Shown piece after piece: positions 51,047 through 64,000 of a stretch of DNA of 64,000 nucleotides. The notes beneath the pieces were generated by a model. The model did not search any database. It was not told the DNA's origin and saw only the letters and a program-made list of their open reading frames with translations. The translations under genes were made by a program, and so were the position numbers. How positions within the stretch are numbered: position 1 is the stretch's first letter; each line of letters opens with the position of its first letter. Origin of the DNA: Amoebidium appalachense. Taxonomy: Eukaryota; Protista; Ichthyosporea. The stretch is from NCBI GenBank assembly GCA_963693365.1, contig CAVNZM010000011.1, positions 1,844,989 to 1,908,988 on the forward strand. The letters are read 5' to 3'.

Positions 51047-53335
51047 TTGTTGACATCAGCATTCTAAGATATACAATTTCTGCCATATTTGCACTTGTGA
51101 GTTAACTTGTGACATTGTAATACTGCATGCCCTTTAGCGCTCCGTGACTCAATCGTAACCATTTTAATACTTTGATACATTCTAAATATAGCTTCGGTCG
51201 CGCGTTTGTAATATCAGGCATATAAAAAACAAATTATATAAACCAAACAATTACGAACGCTGTCATAATTTCAACATTTCAGGTTTTTGTGCGGCGATTG
51301 TTGTGTGAGCAAGCTACTCAAGGAGACCGGCTTTGGAATGCGTGGGACTGCACAGTGTTCGGCTGGCAGTCACTCGGCACTCGGCAGTGGCACCCGCTCG
51401 ACTGGCACGTGCAGCTGCATGAGCTCACAGACTGCCAGACCGTTGACAGGCTGATCAGTCAGAGTCTGATGTCTGAGGCTGAGACACGCTCGCGGCTCGC
51501 ACGAAGACGTCGACCGGGCCCAGGTCTGAGTCATGTCAGCCTGTTGGCCTATTTGTGTGCATTTTTGAGCTTTGCACTGAAGCCGTGAGTGCGCACAGCT
51601 GTGCAGCGTGGGATGAGCCGGTACACAATGATGCTATACCGGACCAACCTTGAGCCTCCGAATCACTCGGAAACGAACAGTAGCTATATATACGAAGGGG
51701 AGGCCTTGGACGGGGCCCACGCATGGTCGCGAGATCTTCAAGAAATAAAAAATGGGTCTCTGCATGGTTGTTATTCGTTACGTTTAAATTCGGGTATCGA
51801 TCACGCGTGGATGTTGTGTAGAAAAGAGTTTTCGTCCAAAGAGAAGATGCCCTGCGGACGTACCTGTGCCCCTTTTGTTGGTTTTCTTCGGTGATCAGTT
51901 CTTTTCACATCTGTTTGTTTTGTGTTCCTCACGGGCCTTTTATTGTAACGCACACTGCCAAGAAATCTGATCAGGAGCGTAAGGGTTAGGACCCGGAGGA
52001 TGTCTGCAGTCCACTCAGCCCGCCGTTCGTGTGCACGCATGCTCAAGGACCACACCTCCCTCTTCCACCTCCCACCAGAGGCTACACGCCGTCTTCTTCT
52101 TTTATTATTTTTTTTTGGTTTTCATTGCGTTCAATGATGCTTTTACGCGCCGGCGTCCTTTCCTGCTCACCGGAACTACACTTGCTCTTTTTCCAGCTTC
52201 TTCTTTTTCCCTGGTTTTCCCGGTTTCTGATCTCCGTATTTTTACTTACCGGTGTCTGGGGTGGGCACTGACCTCAGCGCTGCTCTATGGCTACCAACCA
52301 TACAGACTCTCGAGCCTGTAAGCAAGCTACACCTAAACGCATCCGCGTTTTCTCTCCTAACTTCGTTCCTGCCATTTATTGTGCACATTTCACCAGGCTA
52401 CCCCCACACCCCGACAACCAATCAACCAAGACACACCATACACCTTGGCTTTCGAATTCATCAGGGCAGGGGAAGGATGCACTGGGCTTGGCCTTGGCGG
52501 GCTACGGTTTCAACGGTGCCCCTCCCAGGACCGTTGTGGCATCGGTGATACATGTTTGCTTGGGTTTCCTCTAAGTTGTTTCGTGGCCTGCCTTTATTCC
52601 CACAGTCGACCACTATCACATGTACCCTAGCCCTGCACACACACTTTCACGCTTGACTATATCGTGACTTTCTCCTCCATACGGGTGATGATCCCTGCTC
52701 ATTGCCCGGAGGTTCACTTGTCATATTCCAGGTGTTGGTCACAATGTGCTCCCCCCCCCCACCCCCCCCCCCCCCCCCCCCCCCCCCCCACACCCACCCA
52801 CCCACCCACCCACCCACCCCCCACCCCCGGGGCATAACTTTCCGTTTGAAAACGTTAAAGTCCGCCCTAGTAAGCGTGTTACTACCCTGCATCTCATATT
52901 TTCCCATCTGATTGCAAATTCTGCGCATGCGACCTTCGGAACTTGAATCTTTTCAGCTTGTGCACAGTGGTTGTTTAACCAGGGAAGTGCCGACTTAGGT
53001 AGTGACGGAGGAGCATCCCAGAAGCCCGTCTCCCGAGTTCCTATTTAGATTTTTCTTGCCTCTGCTTACTTCTGCAACCCCCGGCCTTTCCCACTGCCTT
53101 GGCCTCCCCCCTCCCCCCCCCCCTCCCCCCCCCTCCCCCCGGGGGCCCCCCAAACAATATATTTCAGGCCAACAGCCACGGGAGTCCCCGGCCGGGAGGA
53201 CCGGACGAAAGCCCTGCGTCAATTTTCAGAATATATTCCCTAAAAGCTTTGCATTATTGCGAGGGCTTTTGTGTTTATTAGCCAAGGTTGAATCGTAGCA
53301 CAGAGCCTTTTCAGAAGCTGAGTCCCCCCTTCCCC

Positions 53336-53374
<39 letters not shown>

Positions 53375-53884
53375 CCCTCTCCCTCACCCCCCGGACCGGA
53401 GCCACCTTGTATGGTACGCACAAAAATGGAAGAGGAAGGGGCTCACCTTCCCCCCTCCCTCCCTCCCTCCCCCTCCTCCCCCTCCCTTTCCTGCCGCCTT
53501 CCGCCCCACCCGCCGGCCCGCCGGCTCGCCCGCGGACTCACCCGCTATTGCCGGAAGTACACATGTACTGGAGCATGTGTAAATAACTTTTCTAACTGAG
53601 TATTAGCCAGCAGTATATATATACGTAGGACGATCGGTTAAGCAATATTTGGCTTAGATTTCCACGAGGCTGAACTTGTGGGTGCCATTGAACTGTGGGT
53701 GCCATTGAACTGATGTACCGGCAGTTGAAGGTGAGTTTGGAGGAGTGGGGCGCTGGAGACGGTGCAAGGAGGGGTGGAGGCTAGGGGGAGGAGTCACTGG
53801 TGCTTGTCGTTGCTGTGAGGTGTGTGGACGTGTATGTGTGTGTGTGTGTGTGTCACGGTGTGTGTGCGAGTGTGTGTGTGTTAC

Positions 53885-53958
<74 letters not shown>

Positions 53959-53965
53959 TGCGTGC

Positions 53966-54051
<86 letters not shown>

Positions 54052-55826
54052 CGAGGGGGGACCGGGGAGGTGGGGGGAGAACGGTTGAGAAGGAAATGAA
54101 AGTACATGTGGCTTGGTAACAGGGAGGAGAATAAATGAAAGGTAGGTGGCACAGTGCAACGGATTTTTCTAATCTTGTTCACTTCCTATTGCCGCCGCCT
54201 TAGGTGGATCAAAAAGCTTATACATGGCCATAGAACTTCTGGGAAATGTTTGGAAACTAATATTGACGAGCAATGGCAGCGTGTGTGTGGAGCTACTGTT
54301 GAGCTCATCCGTCTGGTCCTCCTACCGCGCTTCCCTCTCCCCACCCCTCCCCATCCTCTCCCCCCCCCCCCCTCCCCCCACCCACCCCCTTCCGCTCTCT
54401 ATCCACTATCCCCTTGCTCCTCTCCCCATCCCCCCTGCTCGCCGCCGCTCGCACCGCCCACAGTCGTATCTTCTCCCAAACCTGCTCCTTAAAGGCAAAC
54501 TTCCTTGTCCTTGTGTTCCCTGGCCATAACGCTTGGGTACTGCCACGTTGCTTAGTAAGTTGACAGACCATTGGAACGGAAATTGAAGCGAGGACGAGCA
54601 AGCCGTCGTGTGGAGCGAAGTATATCTAAGGTTTATCCACCTGACTCCACCTAAAAAACGTCGCAAAGGAACCTATAACAGTTGGGGAAGACAGCAAAGC
54701 ACTGGCGAGATTGGACCCCTTCTTCACAACAGCAGATGTGAAAGAAATCAAGGGATAATGATGTGTAGCTGTTTGACGCTTTGGCCACAAGGCCACCCTC
54801 TCCTTATCTATGGACATACTATGGGGGGTAAGGCAACAGTCTGCCACAACCGTCTGAGACACACTGCTGTTGTCCGCTCAACTGGCAAACCCCTTTTTTG
54901 GGCGGCACTCTTTGGAGCATTGGGCAAACACGTTCACAAACAGCCAATAGGAGGGGTCTAAACAAGTCAGACTGCATTCCAAGACGATACGCTTTTATCC
55001 AATTAAAAATGCGATCGTGGGCCTACCATAAAAGCCAATCAACAAACTTGAAGCAAAATACCTGAAAGGGGCAAAAAAGCAGTTTTCGCCGTCCAAAAAA
55101 GCTTCCGTTGGGACACAACCGAAAGTTTTTTAATGGCGATAATGTTTGTAAATTTCGTGCTGTAAACCGCAAATTAGGTCAAATAAAAAGGCATTAATTC
55201 ATTTCAGAAATATTTATTGATAAATGAAACGAGTGTAAATAAGCTATAAGTAGCTTCTGGCTAAACCGGTCTAGGATTGAATGCTCGGTGTCGTTTTCAC
55301 CCGCCTCCAAGGAATGCACCTCAGTTGGTTAACACATTGTAACAGTGTGATGCTTGGCAGCTCCGGGTAAATCAATATCAAACCGCACACATATGCACAA
55401 AAATAAATCTTCAGTCAATATGCAGAGGGCATAAAAGCGTACAATGTGAGCTCTTGGACTTTGACTGATGATGACATACCCGCTGGGCCTGGGCCCCGGG
55501 GAAAGCTAGGCTGAACTTGATTGGGTGTACATCATGCGTCAAGATGACATTCCGATAGTTAAAGCAAATGATGAGCCAATCGCCTATATAAAGGGCTTCC
55601 AACATCACCCATTCTCGACGGTCAGTTGCCGAGTCGACTTGTGCAGAGTGCAATAGGTAATACTATCGTGTATGAAAAGAAGGGGGAAAGAGGAGGAAGT
55701 ATCCAGAACATTGCTTTTTTCAGTGAGAAAGTAAAGAAAAAGAGGCATACAAACAATCATATAACCACCTGCCTAATAGAAATCTTGCGATCAGCTTTCT
55801 TTTCATCCTCTCTCATCTGGTCCAAC

Positions 55827-63410
<7,584 letters not shown>

Positions 63411-63943
63411 GTGAGTATTATGCCGGCATAATGCGCGATGGCAGGTGTGGTTGGACAATTATCACGTGGAAACGAATAATGGCTCACAAGACCTTGTGTT
63501 GGTGGATTGATAGCACCAAACTGAAAGGAGAAGAGGGGGGGGAGGGGGGGGGGGGGGGGGGGGGGGGGAAGGGTGAGGAGGAGGGGGGGGAGGGGGAGGC
63601 CAGACGAGTCAAACATGACATGTATATATAGAATCGTGTCATAGTTTTGTGTTTTTATTGGTTAACGACACTGTGGCCTTCCCAGCAAGTGAGAATTCGT
63701 ATGTACTATGAACAAAACCCCTGCATAATGCCTCTTCGCCACCCTAAGCATTGTTCTCTAACCAAATATCCTCTTTCTAAGCGATCCCGCAGATAAGCCC
63801 TACTTGTGGCGTATATGTGTGTGTACTGTACAAACTGCATTGTTGTCCTTCGTGAATTTGCACTTCGTACTCTGTAACGCATGAAGATTCCCCCTCCCTA
63901 ACCCCCTCCAAAAAAAAACCCCCAACCCCAACCCACCCCTTCC

Positions 63944-64000
<57 letters not shown>

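Noticed and set aside
52975-53641. TTAACC...GGTTAA piggyBac-like MITE
   Set aside because: Sequences inside the TTAACC ends are not inverted repeats.
51289-55400. Genes in the short ORFs upstream of ClpX
   Set aside because: No recognisable motifs or consistent exon chain; possibly decayed repeats.

Overview
Eukaryotic, intron-rich DNA full of poly-G/C and (CA)n tracts. A receptor tyrosine kinase with Pmp-like beta-helix repeats suggests a unicellular holozoan (inference), and homopolymer frameshifts suggest an imperfectly polished long-read assembly. Two host genes bracket the window: a multi-exon RTK (minus, ~485-11790) and mitochondrial ClpX (plus, from 55827, running off the end). Between them is a deeply nested transposon stack. 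A decayed LINE is split by a young Ty3/gypsy chromovirus (14186-37761, GGGGG TSD) and by a Ngaro/PAT-like tyrosine-recombinase retroelement (38242-43935). The chromovirus is itself split by a 15.8-kb DNA element (21131-36967). That element has CACTA/EnSpm-like ends (30-bp CATCAGCAAA TIRs, GA 2-bp TSD, TTGCCAAT motif fields), yet its only intact transposase is piggyBac-type. It carries a 183-bp satellite array, into which a tRNA-headed SINE/LINE chimera has inserted. Best candidates for novelty: the piggyBac-transposase/CACTA-end element, a chromovirus PBS complementary to the 5' end of tRNA-Ala, and an apparently gag-less Ngaro with one RT-RNaseH-YR ORF. All calls are by eye; no searches were run.
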